A DNA stretch of 64,000 nucleotides from a candidate division FCPU426 bacterium. GTDB lineage: Bacteria > Oederibacteriota > Muellerivitia > Muellerivitales > Muellerivitaceae. The notes beneath the pieces were generated by a model that saw only the letters and a program-made list of their open reading frames with translations, had not been told where the DNA came from and ran no database searches. The position numbers were made by a program, and so were the translations under genes. The stretch spans positions 96,001 to 160,000 of the forward strand of contig CAVYSE010000011.1 in the NCBI GenBank assembly GCA_963771075.1. The letters are read 5' to 3'. Shown in pieces: positions 29,493 through 38,684 of the stretch (the stretch's first letter is position 1; the number at the start of each line of letters is the position of its first letter).

Positions 29493-30508
29493 GGCTGACG
29501 GAACAACCCTTTTCCATTTCTCCCGAGCCCACTTCCCAAAAACTCCCCCACTGGAGGGGCTTCAATCTTTTAGGATTCTATTCCCTCAACCGTTGGGCGG
29601 GCCCGTTCCTGGAATGGGATTTCAAGATGGTCTGTGAATGGGGTTTTGATTTCGTCCGCATTCCCATGGATTACCGCCTTTGGATCAAGGATGGCGACCC
29701 CCGGTCCATCGACCCGAACGCCTTCGGGGACCTGGAACAGGCGGTGGAGTGGGCTGATCAATACGCCCTCCACGCTTGCTTGAATATCCACCGCGCCCCC
29801 GGTTATTGCATCAACCCTCCCCACGAACCCAAGAGCCTCTGGACCGACCGGGAAACCCAGGAGATTTGCGCGGACCATTGGGCCTTCTTGGCGAAAAGGT
29901 TCAAGGGAATTCCGAACCGGCGGATGAGTTTTGACCTCTTGAACGAACCCGACGGGGTGGATAACCCCGCCTACGCCCGGGTGGTCACCCTCTTGACCGA
30001 AGCCATCCGATCACAGGATCCCAAGCGTCTGGTCATCGCCGACGGCACCGAGGTGGGAAACCGGCCCGTACCCGAATTGATCCCGCTGGGGGTGGCCCAG
30101 GCGACCCGGGGCTATCAGCCGATGGGAGTGAGCCATTACCAGGCCCCCTGGTGGACTGGATCGGCGGGGTTGCCCCCGCCCGCCTGGCCCATGGAAGTCC
30201 ATGGGGAAAAATGGGACAAGGCATGGCTCCAAAAAAAATTCATCGCGCCCTGGAAAGAACTGGAAGCCCGAGGCGTGGGCGTTTTCGTGGGGGAGTGGGG
30301 GGTTTATCAGCAGACACCCCATGAGCTGGCCTTGGCCTTGATGAAAGACCATTTGGAATTGTGGAAAGAAGCGGGGTGGGGCTGGGCGCTTTGGAATTTC
30401 AGGGGGGATTTCGGGGTCCTTAACAGCGGCCGAAAGGATGTGGCTTATGAACCTTTCGCCGGCCACCTTTTGGACCGAAAGATGCTGGCATTGCTTCAGG
30501 CCTATTGA
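29489..30508 (+). CDS. Glycoside hydrolase family 5
   Basis: WRGFNL, GFDFVRIP, acid/base NEP and nucleophile GEWG. Confidence 0.9.
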   Translation: MRLTEQPFSISPEPTSQKLPHWRGFNLLGFYSLNRWAGPFLEWDFKMVCEWGFDFVRIPMDYRLWIKDGDPRSIDPNAFGDLEQAVEWADQYALHACLNIHRAPGYCINPPHEPKSLWTDRETQEICADHWAFLAKRFKGIPNRRMSFDLLNEPDGVDNPAYARVVTLLTEAIRSQDPKRLVIADGTEVGNRPVPELIPLGVAQATRGYQPMGVSHYQAPWWTGSAGLPPPAWPMEVHGEKWDKAWLQKKFIAPWKELEARGVGVFVGEWGVYQQTPHELALALMKDHLELWKEAGWGWALWNFRGDFGVLNSGRKDVAYEPFAGHLLDRKMLALLQAY

Positions 30509-30606
30509 CCCAAGAAATAGAAGACAACCTGCCTATTCCGGGGCCGGTTGTCGAAATCGATCAAGACGATCTGCTGCCAAGTGCCCAGGAGGGTTTGGCC
30601 CTCCCT
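30502..30606 (-). pseudogene. yjbQ: 3'-terminal remnant of a YjbQ/UPF0047 gene
   Basis: Manual translation REGQTLLGTWQQIVLIDFDNRPRNRQVVFYFLGQ*, with an in-frame stop immediately upstream. Confidence 0.8.
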
Positions 30607-30641
30607 TTAGGAGTTTGGGGGTTGGAGTGATCAATTTGTCT

Positions 30642-30881
30642 TTAGAGACTATAACAATACCTAATTTCACCACAGGCCGCCTTTGGCGGCCACAGAGGCA
30701 CAGAGAAAAACCTTTCTAAATTCAAGGAATCTTAAACCAAATGTCCGGGTTTACCCTGTCCCCTTTCGCCCAAAAGGCGAAAGAAATAGAGACAATACCG
30801 ACCCCATTTAATGTCTCATGGATGGTCGGCATGTGTCTCCGTGTCTCTGTGGTAAATATTTGGTTTTGTTAGAGATTTTTA
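30642..30881. mobile_element. Composite MITE-like element, copy 2 (longer)
   Basis: Left end TAGAGACTATAACAA, degenerate inverted right end TTGTTAGAGATTTTTA, and internal CACAGAG/CTCTGTG arms and hairpins. Confidence 0.65.
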
Positions 30882-30933
30882 GATTAAAAAACTCAACTTT
30901 AACAAATTCCTAATAGCGCATTGCCTATAACTA

Positions 30934-31032
30934 TTCCCCCTTTGAAAAAAGGGGGGAAGGGGGGTATTAGTCGTTGTCGATGGGGTTAAAAAAGGCTAAC
31001 TCCCCCTTAGTCCCCCTCTTTCAGAGGGGGAA
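30934..31032. repeat. C/G-tract REP-like double hairpin
   Basis: TTCCCCCTTTGAAAAAAGGGGGGAAGGGGGG ... TCCCCCTTAGTCCCCCTCTTTCAGAGGGGGAA. Confidence 0.7.
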
Positions 31033-31115
31033 AATTAGAACGACCCTGAAATTTGCCTAAGTCGAGTAAATAAGAATTGAATTCCTAACTTCTAACCTCC
31101 ACCCCTAACTTTTCT

Positions 31116-32051
31116 TTATTTGAGCGCCTTCATGGTGTCCTGGATCAATGCGGCGGATTTGGCCACCATGGCCTTTTCCTCATCGTTCAAGGGCACTTCG
31201 ATGATCTGCTCCAAACCCTTGCGGCCGAGTTTGCAATAGACCCCGAAGTAGGAGTTCTTCAATCCGTATTCCCCTTCCAGGTAAGCGGAGCAGGGAACCA
31301 CGAGTTTCTTGTCCTTCAAGATGGCCTCTACCATGGAACCGGCCGCCGCGCCGGGCGCGTACCAGGCCGAAACGCCAAGAAGACCCACCAGCTCACCGCC
31401 CCCCTTACGGGTGCGCTCAACGATGGCGTCGATCTGTTCTTTCTTGAGGATGTTGGAAATGGGTACTCCGGCGATGGTGGAGTAACGCACCAGGGGCACC
31501 ATCTCGTCCCCATGCCCGCCAATCACCCCCGCCGTGACGTTCTCCACCGCGACCTGGGCGGCCTCGGCCAGGAAGGTTCGCATGCGGGCCCCATCCAACA
31601 CGCCCGCCTGGCCCAGGACCCTATACTTGGGAAAGCCCGAGGCCTTGTAAGCCACATAGCACATGGTGTCGAGGGGGTTGGTGACGATGATGAGGATGGA
31701 GTTCGGACTCTTGGCGGCCAGTTCCTTTGTTACGCCGGCCACGATTCCCTGGTTCACGGCCACCAGGTCCTCACGGCTCATGCCGGGTTTGCGGGGCACG
31801 CCCGCCGTGATGACGCAAACATCCGAATCCGCCGTGTCGGCGTAGTCCGTGGTGCCCTTCAAGCGGGTGTTATAGCCGGAAATGGGGCCCACCTGCAAAA
31901 GATCCAGGGCCTTGCCCTTGGGCATGTCCTTGGCGGCGGGGATATCCAACAAAACGATGTCCCCCATATCCCGCTCGGCCATCCAGGCCGCGCAAGAAGC
32001 CCCGACGTTACCCGCACCCACCACCGTGATTTTCGGACGTTGTGTTGACAT
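31116..32051 (-). CDS. mdh: Malate dehydrogenase (LDH-like)
   Basis: VVGAGNVG, AGVPRKPGMSREDL, TNPLD and GGHGD. Confidence 0.96.
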   Translation of the reverse strand: MSTQRPKITVVGAGNVGASCAAWMAERDMGDIVLLDIPAAKDMPKGKALDLLQVGPISGYNTRLKGTTDYADTADSDVCVITAGVPRKPGMSREDLVAVNQGIVAGVTKELAAKSPNSILIIVTNPLDTMCYVAYKASGFPKYRVLGQAGVLDGARMRTFLAEAAQVAVENVTAGVIGGHGDEMVPLVRYSTIAGVPISNILKKEQIDAIVERTRKGGGELVGLLGVSAWYAPGAAAGSMVEAILKDKKLVVPCSAYLEGEYGLKNSYFGVYCKLGRKGLEQIIEVPLNDEEKAMVAKSAALIQDTMKALK

Positions 32052-32219
32052 GATTCCTCCCCTAAAAGGTCTGATATGAAAATGGCCCGGATAGTCTAAT
32101 CAAGAGTTGGGGCAAATTCATCATTCGATTCAGATCTCCCCACTCTGACAAGGCTGTTGCTTGAGTTCAAGAAGGGGGCGTGTTAGGTTGGGGCACTTTT
32201 AATTAAGGCGGTTGAAGGC

Positions 32220-32756
32220 ATGTCGAAATCGAAAGGGTTTACTCTCTGGTTCACGGGGCTTTCAGGTTCGGGCAAGTCCACCCTATCCGAGAGGGTGGCC
32301 CTCAAGCTGGAAGAAGGGGGACTGCCCCTTGAAACGCTCGACGGGGACATTGTCCGCACGCACCTTTCCAAGGGCCTGGGCTTTTCCAAAGAAGACCGGG
32401 ATGAAAACGTAAAGAGGGTAGGTTTTATCTGCCAACTCTTGAACAAACACGGGATTAACGCCATTGCCTCCGTGATTTCACCCTACCGGGAATCCAGGGA
32501 CCATAACCGTGCCAAGATCCAACGTTTTGTCGAGGTCTTCACCGATTGCCCCTTGGAAGTTTGCGCCCAACGGGACCTGAAGGGACTTTACGAGAAGGCC
32601 ATGAAGGGCGAGATCAAGCATTTCACCGGCGTGGACGACCCCTACGAGCCCCCCCAAAACGCCGAGGTGGTCTGCCACACGGACAAGGAATCGGTTGAGG
32701 AAAGTGTTGAAAAGGTGATCAAGAAATTACAGGAGCTGGGCTACCTAGCCGTTTAG
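32220..32756 (+). CDS. cysC: Adenylyl-sulfate kinase
   Basis: WFTGLSGSGKST, LDGDIVR and FTGVDDPYEPP. Confidence 0.95.
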   Translation: MSKSKGFTLWFTGLSGSGKSTLSERVALKLEEGGLPLETLDGDIVRTHLSKGLGFSKEDRDENVKRVGFICQLLNKHGINAIASVISPYRESRDHNRAKIQRFVEVFTDCPLEVCAQRDLKGLYEKAMKGEIKHFTGVDDPYEPPQNAEVVCHTDKESVEESVEKVIKKLQELGYLAV

Positions 32757-32777
32757 GCGCCCTGGCAAAAACCCAAA

Positions 32778-33632
32778 ATGAAAACTGTCGCCGATCTCCA
32801 TATGCACACCACCCATTCGGATGGGACTTTGACCCCGTCCGAATTGGCCCGTTTGGCCCGCGAACAGGCCGTGGACGCGGTGGCCCTGACGGACCATGAC
32901 ACCGTTTCCGGCTTGGAAGACCTGATCCGGGAGGCGGAAAGGGAAGGCCTGGAGGTTTTGGCGGGCATCGAGCTATCGGCCAAGTTTTCCCCCGGAACCC
33001 TTCATTTGTTGGGCTACGGATTCGACTTCCAAGGGCCAATCCGGCAAAAGCTGGAAATGTTTCAAAAGGCCAGGGCGGAACGCAATCCCCTCGTACTGGA
33101 AAAGCTGAAATCCCTGGGGATGCCCCTGACCTTGGACGAGGTCAAGCAATTGTCGCAGGCCCAGGGGCAGGTCGGCCGTCCCCATATCGCCAAGGCCCTG
33201 GAAGCCAAGGGCTATGTGGAAAGTTACGAGATGGCCTTCCGAAAGTACCTCACCAAGGGAGCGCCCGCCTATGTGGCCAAGGCTTCCTGGGAGGCCCGGG
33301 AATGCATCGAGATGATCCATGAATCGGGGGGAGCGGTCGTGGTCGCCCATCCCATCCAGATGAAATTGCAGGGAATGGAATTGAGGACTAAGGTCGCGGA
33401 ACTTGCCGGGATGGGCTTAGACGGGTTGGAAGTGCTCCACCCGGACCACAAGCCCCAGGACCGCCTGGCATTCCAATCCCTGGCGGAGGAGTTCGGCCTC
33501 CTGACTACGGGAGGCAGTGATTTTCACGGCCGGCACAAGCCGGGGATCCAACTCGGCCAAGGCCGGCCCCCTTACGAGAACCTGGAAAAGCTTCGGGAAA
33601 GAATAGCGCAAAGGAAAAAAGAAATTCGTTAG
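32778..33632 (+). CDS. PHP domain phosphoesterase (TrpH/YciV-like)
   Basis: DLHMHTTHSDG, TDHD, GRPH, AHP and GGSDFHG. Confidence 0.92.
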   Translation: MKTVADLHMHTTHSDGTLTPSELARLAREQAVDAVALTDHDTVSGLEDLIREAEREGLEVLAGIELSAKFSPGTLHLLGYGFDFQGPIRQKLEMFQKARAERNPLVLEKLKSLGMPLTLDEVKQLSQAQGQVGRPHIAKALEAKGYVESYEMAFRKYLTKGAPAYVAKASWEARECIEMIHESGGAVVVAHPIQMKLQGMELRTKVAELAGMGLDGLEVLHPDHKPQDRLAFQSLAEEFGLLTTGGSDFHGRHKPGIQLGQGRPPYENLEKLRERIAQRKKEIR

Positions 33633-33665
33633 CCGCCAGCCTAGTGCTGGCCGCGGAAAGTATTT

Positions 33666-34346
33666 ATGGACGAACTCACGCCCCAACAACTGATGGAAAA
33701 CCTAAAGGCCTGGGCGCCGGGGGACGATTTCAATCAAAAGGTTTTCGCCCAATTCAAGAAGGGAAAGGTCCCCGAGGACATGGCGGGGGACCTGGCGGCT
33801 TCCCTTCACGCCTGTTCCCAGATCACTTACGACTACATCCAGTTCATCCATAAGTTGGCAACCACCCTGGAACTGGACCGGGAAAATTTTCTTCCCCAGA
33901 TCCTCCATTTGGTGGACCTGGTGAAGGTCCTGCATGGGGAGGGCCAGAAATTCCAAAGCCTTTTCCGCCGGTACGATGAAAGGGTGCGGGAGACGCTGGA
34001 AAAGGACACCTTCGACACGGTTTACTATGACGCCATCCAGGGGGCCGACCTAAGGACCCTGCTCAAGGCGGTCATTGACGAGGTGGAGACGCTGTTGCGA
34101 TCTTTCTCGCTGGTGAGCGCGGACCTTTCGGAAATTCCCTGCGTGGATATCTATGAGAACTGCGTGAGGTTTCAGCTATTCCTCCAGTATTTCCTACACC
34201 AGGGAACTTTCCAGCAGGAGGAAATGTGGTCGGTGCTTTTCGACGTTTCCAACCAGATGGATGAGATGCAAACCCACCTTTTACCTCCCACCGCCGAGGA
34301 ACTGGCGGACCTTCAGGACAAGATCAAGAAACATCGGACGAATTAG
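33666..34346 (+). CDS. Hypothetical all-helical protein
   Basis: 226-aa ORF with strong host-like codon bias. Confidence 0.78.
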   Translation: MDELTPQQLMENLKAWAPGDDFNQKVFAQFKKGKVPEDMAGDLAASLHACSQITYDYIQFIHKLATTLELDRENFLPQILHLVDLVKVLHGEGQKFQSLFRRYDERVRETLEKDTFDTVYYDAIQGADLRTLLKAVIDEVETLLRSFSLVSADLSEIPCVDIYENCVRFQLFLQYFLHQGTFQQEEMWSVLFDVSNQMDEMQTHLLPPTAEELADLQDKIKKHRTN

Positions 34347-34359
34347 ATTTTCCTGCTGA

Positions 34360-35010
34360 TTATTTATTAAGAGAAGATATTTTTAATATCTCGTCCCCGT
34401 TAACTCCACTCAACATTAATTGAATGGGCTTTCCTGCAAGTAATTTAAGTTCATCCGCTTGTGTCGGAGTAATACTGTAAAGAAAAGTTTTGTTTTCTGC
34501 GTACCCAAATGGGTGAATGGGATGGATGTTTTTATAAACAGATTGAACCTTAGGAAATAATGCAATCGGTTCTCCGCTTTTGATTCCAGTGAATTTTCCA
34601 AGGTATGAATCGATCGTGCCGGGTTTGTAGAGTTTGCCGTTTTTGGTTTCTGCGTTAATGGTCAAGGTGAAATTCAACGGATTATGACTTTGGATTGGTG
34701 ATTGAGCTTTTTCGGTGGGTGGAAATTGGGTATAGACGATAGGTTTTCCCTTGGAAATGAGAAACAAAGTTTGCAAACCCGCAACTTCTTGCAAATCCAT
34801 GATTTCATTGGAATTGATCAAATATGCGGGGAACTCGGTTTTGACCACCATTTCGGGTTTGAGATAAGTGCCGGCAGGAATATCTTGGGATGCCACAAGA
34901 ATTTCTATCGATCTATTTTCGCGAGATGGTTTTTGAAATAAAAGAAGATTTAAAAGGAATATAAGCGAAGCGCCGATTAATGCAATCAACAAAAGTCGTA
35001 TTTTGGCCAT
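34360..35010 (-). CDS. SAF-domain (CpaB-like) protein, AT-rich
   Basis: N-terminal TM followed by LVASQDIPAGT...MV...G......I..G.PI. Confidence 0.7.
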   Translation of the reverse strand: MAKIRLLLIALIGASLIFLLNLLLFQKPSRENRSIEILVASQDIPAGTYLKPEMVVKTEFPAYLINSNEIMDLQEVAGLQTLFLISKGKPIVYTQFPPTEKAQSPIQSHNPLNFTLTINAETKNGKLYKPGTIDSYLGKFTGIKSGEPIALFPKVQSVYKNIHPIHPFGYAENKTFLYSITPTQADELKLLAGKPIQLMLSGVNGDEILKISSLNK

Positions 35011-35181
35011 AAGTTCTGCCTAAAAATGAACAATCAAGAAGTTTCGAATAAATTAAACGTTGGAGAGGTTTTGTTTAGATTTTACCCCGCAGGAGAGAAT
35101 CCGGGGCTAATTTCATCAGAAAGGGAACGTCAGGCCTTTGCCCACCCGACTTAGGTCTGGGGATAGAAGGTCTTTTTTTAT

Positions 35182-36116
35182 TTAGACTGGAATTGTAAGG
35201 CCTTCATAAGCACAGAGGGTATTGAAGAAAAGCTTTTTGGCGTTTTCCTCTTTTTTGGCGACCATCGCGTCATCGTGGTTAGGGTCGTGGTGATAGAGGA
35301 TCAGCTGTTTTACGCCCGCTTCCTGGGCCACTTTACAAGCCATTTCCGGGGTGGAATGGCCGAAGCCCTGGGTGGTCACGGCGCCGGTATATTGCTCGGC
35401 CAGGTATTGGGCGTCGTGGATAAGCAGGTCCGCGCCCTTGGAGAACTGGATCAGCCGTCGGTCCCCCTCCGCGTAACCTTCCAAGTCGGTGGCGTAAACG
35501 ATCGATTTGCCCGCGTATTGAAGCTTGTAAACCAGGGTGCCGTTCTTAGGGTGGTTATAGGCCCGGTACTGGGTCACGATGACCTTGTCCTTGAAGGAGA
35601 CCTTCATTTCTTCCTGCGGGTTGGCCAAGATGGGGTCGGGGACGCCCTGTTCCAAAAGAATCTGGTCGAAGGGCTTCAAGGTCACGATGCGCTTAACCGA
35701 GTTGGTTTCCACCAGGTCGATGGGGAAGAACATGCCATCCATCAGGCTGTCCAGGATGAATTTCATGCCCGTATCTGTTCCCACGGGGCCGTAAACCGAG
35801 GGTCCGAAAATCGATAGGGTGGCGTCACCGATGAAGAGGGGCGCGAAAAAGGGCAGACCCATGACATGGTCATGATGAGTATGGGAAACCAGGATCGTGA
35901 CATTCAGGCGTTTCATCTTGTCGCGATTGGCGAAGAAATTCCGAACCAACTGCTGGCCGGCGGGGACGATGCCCGTACCCGCATCCAGAAAGATGGTGTG
36001 ATCCAGGAATTCACTTGGACGCAGGAGGAATTGCCCCCGATTTTCAGCGTCGCTGGACCAGGCACGGGAATGCTTCCCCGGACCCCCCGGAAGGTAATGG
36101 TAAAATCGTGAGCCAT
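35182..36116 (-). CDS. MBL-fold metallo-hydrolase with an apparent -1 frameshift near 36013
   Basis: N-terminus FRGVRGSIPVPG...GGNSSCV (ORF 35913-36116) joins LDAGTG, SHTHHDH, DAQY, GHS and HHDP. Confidence 0.88.
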
Positions 36117-36268
36117 TCAACTCCTATAAATAAGGCAGTTTTGCGAAATGAAGGGTTATTATTTCGAAAAAGGGTCCAATTGGCAACTTTCCCTGAGGTT
36201 AACAGGAAGCTTATTGGGTTTTTTAAATCCACTAAAACCAATTTTCGGCGAAATTGACCTTTAAAGGC

Positions 36269-36490
36269 TCAAGGCTCCCAACGGGCGGAGGAACCGCAAT
36301 GGGGGCACTTGGGAGCGATTTCACCGGCTTTTAAGTAGAGATTGGTAATGCGGTTACCCTGGGCGCAGGTGACGCAGAGATGGGGACCAGTGTAAAGAAC
36401 CGGCTCGCCCGGTTGTCGGGAGGAAATGTCGATATTCATTTGGTTGGCACGGTCTGGGTTCAAGGGCGTGCCGGAAGGTAATGTTTCCAT
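36269..36490 (-). CDS. Small zinc-ribbon protein
   Basis: PGE...G...CVTC...GE..PKCPHC....W; RBS AAGGA. Confidence 0.65.
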   Translation of the reverse strand: METLPSGTPLNPDRANQMNIDISSRQPGEPVLYTGPHLCVTCAQGNRITNLYLKAGEIAPKCPHCGSSARWEP

Positions 36491-36500
36491 TCCAGTTCCT

Positions 36501-37847
36501 TTAGTAAAGAAATCCCGGACGGCGTTCCCCGAGAAGGTGGTCGTTCTTCTGGGTGATCGCCTGGGTTAATGGCTCCTCATATTGTAGGTAAAAAGAACCA
36601 TTCTCCGGAAACTTGCAGTAGAGAAAGCATACCTGGAAGATAATCCCGAGGACCAGGGCCATCCACAAGAGATTCCGCGCCCAATCCCTTTTCCACCAAT
36701 ATTCCCAAACGTAAAGCGAATAGAGCATCACCAGGGGAAGCATTTCACAGAAGGTGTTGATCTCAGTGCTCTTGGCCGTGAAGAGCAGGCAAAAATAGGT
36801 GAAAAGAAAGGAGAAGAGAACTAACCGCCTGATGGATATCCAGTTGTTAGAGGCCGGGCGGTTGATGAACAAGAACCCAATCAGGATTAAAATTTCCACG
36901 CATCCCGCCAAGAAAAGAAGTCCCGCGGGCACCCAAAGCTCGTGCTGGGAAAGAAATTGAAGGCGGTCGGCCGTGTGGGGCCCGAGGAAATGCAGTACCT
37001 CGTAACAGGCCATGGCGAAAAACTGGGCCAAGATGCCGAAGAATTTCCCGAAATTTTGGATGTTAAATCCCCCGTAGGAAAAACCCGAGGCGTCACGGAA
37101 CAGGTGGTAATTGGGAAGCAGGAAGGTGGGAACGACAAGGCTGGCGAGGGGCAGGGCTCCCAGGAAAAAAAAGACAGGTCCCGTTGCCTTTCGGGAAGAC
37201 TTCCATTGAAGAAAGAAGGAAACCGCTAAAAGGGGCAGGACCAGCACCCAAGTGCGGTGAAACTGAATCCAGGCAGAGAAGGCAAAGCCCATCAAGGCAT
37301 TGGCCCAGGGCGTGGGAATCCAATTCGCGCTTAAAGGCGGCATCGATTCCAGCAATCCTACGAAGAAAAAACATGAAAAGGCGATGGTGTAAGAGAGGTT
37401 GATCATGCCCGTGGAATAGTGCAGGCACCAGGGGGCCGTCAGCACCCAGGGCAGGACGAAATGCGGGGGAAGCGATGGAAGGCGTTTCACGGTGTAAAGG
37501 CCCAATAGGCAAAAACCACCCATCGAGAGCAGGTTCAGCAAAACGATGGGAGAAAAGGGGGATTGCCAGATTTTGAGGGGCAAGCCGATGAGGAACGCCT
37601 CCAGGGGTCCCGGGTCCTGGGTGATGATGACGGCGTTTTGGGGCGGTAGGACGACGTCGTTACCGAAATAGGGCCAGGCATGGGTGGCGTAGTATTTCAC
37701 CCCAATGAGGGTGGTCTGAAGCTCATCGGCAACCGGCTGGACAGGCGGGGCCCAAAGGCCGAAACCTAGTCGAAGGAAGAAAAGGGCTGAAAGAAGAACG
37801 GCCCATTTCCAAAAATGTAATGTTTTAGGGTTTTTGGTGAAGGTCAA
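36501..37847 (-). CDS. Polytopic membrane protein, probable GT-C glycosyltransferase
   Basis: First TM is followed by a DE motif (VADELQT) and PGP; about 11 TM segments. Confidence 0.6.
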   Translation of the reverse strand: MTFTKNPKTLHFWKWAVLLSALFFLRLGFGLWAPPVQPVADELQTTLIGVKYYATHAWPYFGNDVVLPPQNAVIITQDPGPLEAFLIGLPLKIWQSPFSPIVLLNLLSMGGFCLLGLYTVKRLPSLPPHFVLPWVLTAPWCLHYSTGMINLSYTIAFSCFFFVGLLESMPPLSANWIPTPWANALMGFAFSAWIQFHRTWVLVLPLLAVSFFLQWKSSRKATGPVFFFLGALPLASLVVPTFLLPNYHLFRDASGFSYGGFNIQNFGKFFGILAQFFAMACYEVLHFLGPHTADRLQFLSQHELWVPAGLLFLAGCVEILILIGFLFINRPASNNWISIRRLVLFSFLFTYFCLLFTAKSTEINTFCEMLPLVMLYSLYVWEYWWKRDWARNLLWMALVLGIIFQVCFLYCKFPENGSFYLQYEEPLTQAITQKNDHLLGERRPGFLY

Positions 37848-37882
37848 TTAATAACCATTCTGGTCGTTATCAGTAGGATATT

Positions 37883-38009
37883 CGTCGTGGACAAAATACC
37901 CATATTCTCTAACATAACGAACCACTTTCTTTTCGGTATCTGTCTGTCCGCGATGGGTCCCCGCCATGTAGCATGCGCTTGCGCTTAGCTACATGATCCT
38001 TCGTGGACA
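37883..38009. repeat. Three partial copies of the boundary palindrome, enclosing an inner CATGTAGC/GCTACATG hairpin
   Basis: CGTCGTGGACA (37883), CTGTCCGCGATGGGTCCCCGCC (37944) and GATCCTTCGTGGACA (37995). Confidence 0.7.
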
Positions 38010-38048
38010 AGCATTTTTTCGATTATTCAAAAGGGTGTTCTAATGGGA

Positions 38049-38450
38049 TCAATTCAAGAAATCATGGATGCCCAAGGCCCATTTACCGCCTGCTTTTCTC
38101 AACGCCTTGTCTTCGGTTATCAATGGGACATCCAGCATTCGAGCCAAAGCAAGGTATTGGGCGTCATAAAAGCTAATTCTTTTTTCCGCCGCAAGTTGAA
38201 GCGCCAATTCCGAATCGGCTGGTGTTTCGAATGGGGAAAAATTTGTTTTTGCCCCATGTAAATATTGGGCCGCTTTCGTTGCCGTTAAATGCTTCTGTAA
38301 AACCATCAAGGTCAATGCGTTCCCAAATTCATATTCCCAAAGCGGCGATGTCCTCCAATCAGGGTCTTTTGCTTGCAAACGCAACGCAGCCTCAGAAATA
38401 TCCCCGTCAATGACAAGGTAAACCAGGATATTGGCGTCCACCACGATCAT
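38049..38450 (-). CDS. vapC: VapC PIN-domain toxin
   Basis: IVVDAN, E (YEFGN), SFYDAQYLALA and LITEDKAL. Confidence 0.9.
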   Translation of the reverse strand: MIVVDANILVYLVIDGDISEAALRLQAKDPDWRTSPLWEYEFGNALTLMVLQKHLTATKAAQYLHGAKTNFSPFETPADSELALQLAAEKRISFYDAQYLALARMLDVPLITEDKALRKAGGKWALGIHDFLN

Positions 38451-38665
38451 AGACGGCCCCAACGTTTTGCCTTATGAAGCCATTCATTCGTCACCCGAAA
38501 TTTCAATTTAACCGGAGGGGGAAGCTGGCGAATGCCCGGCCTCTCCAAGGCCTGTTCCAAAATGGAAACCGCTTGCTTGTTCATGGACCGGTGGTTGAGT
38601 TCGGCCTGCTCTTTCAGTTTTTTTCGGAGACTCTCGGGGATATTTTTAATCAACAGGCTGGACAT
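38447..38665 (-). CDS. FitA/Arc-type ribbon-helix-helix antitoxin
   Basis: LLIKNIPESLRKKLKEQAELNHRSMNKQA; overlaps the vapC start. Confidence 0.88.
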   Translation of the reverse strand: MSSLLIKNIPESLRKKLKEQAELNHRSMNKQAVSILEQALERPGIRQLPPPVKLKFRVTNEWLHKAKRWGRL

Positions 38666-38684
38666 ATAGGCCTCCCTTTCAAAG

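Noticed and set aside
11205..30853. CRISPR array
   Set aside because: The repeats are dispersed inverted pairs, not regularly spaced direct repeats, and there are no cas genes.
35011..35180. Riboswitch (c-di-GMP-like) upstream of the SAF gene
   Set aside because: Only small hairpins (CCCGAC-TTAG-GTCTGGG) are present, and the conserved aptamer motifs were not found.
37860..38045. Integron attC site
   Set aside because: CTCTAAC is present but there is no matching GTTRRRY end or L boxes, and no integrase.
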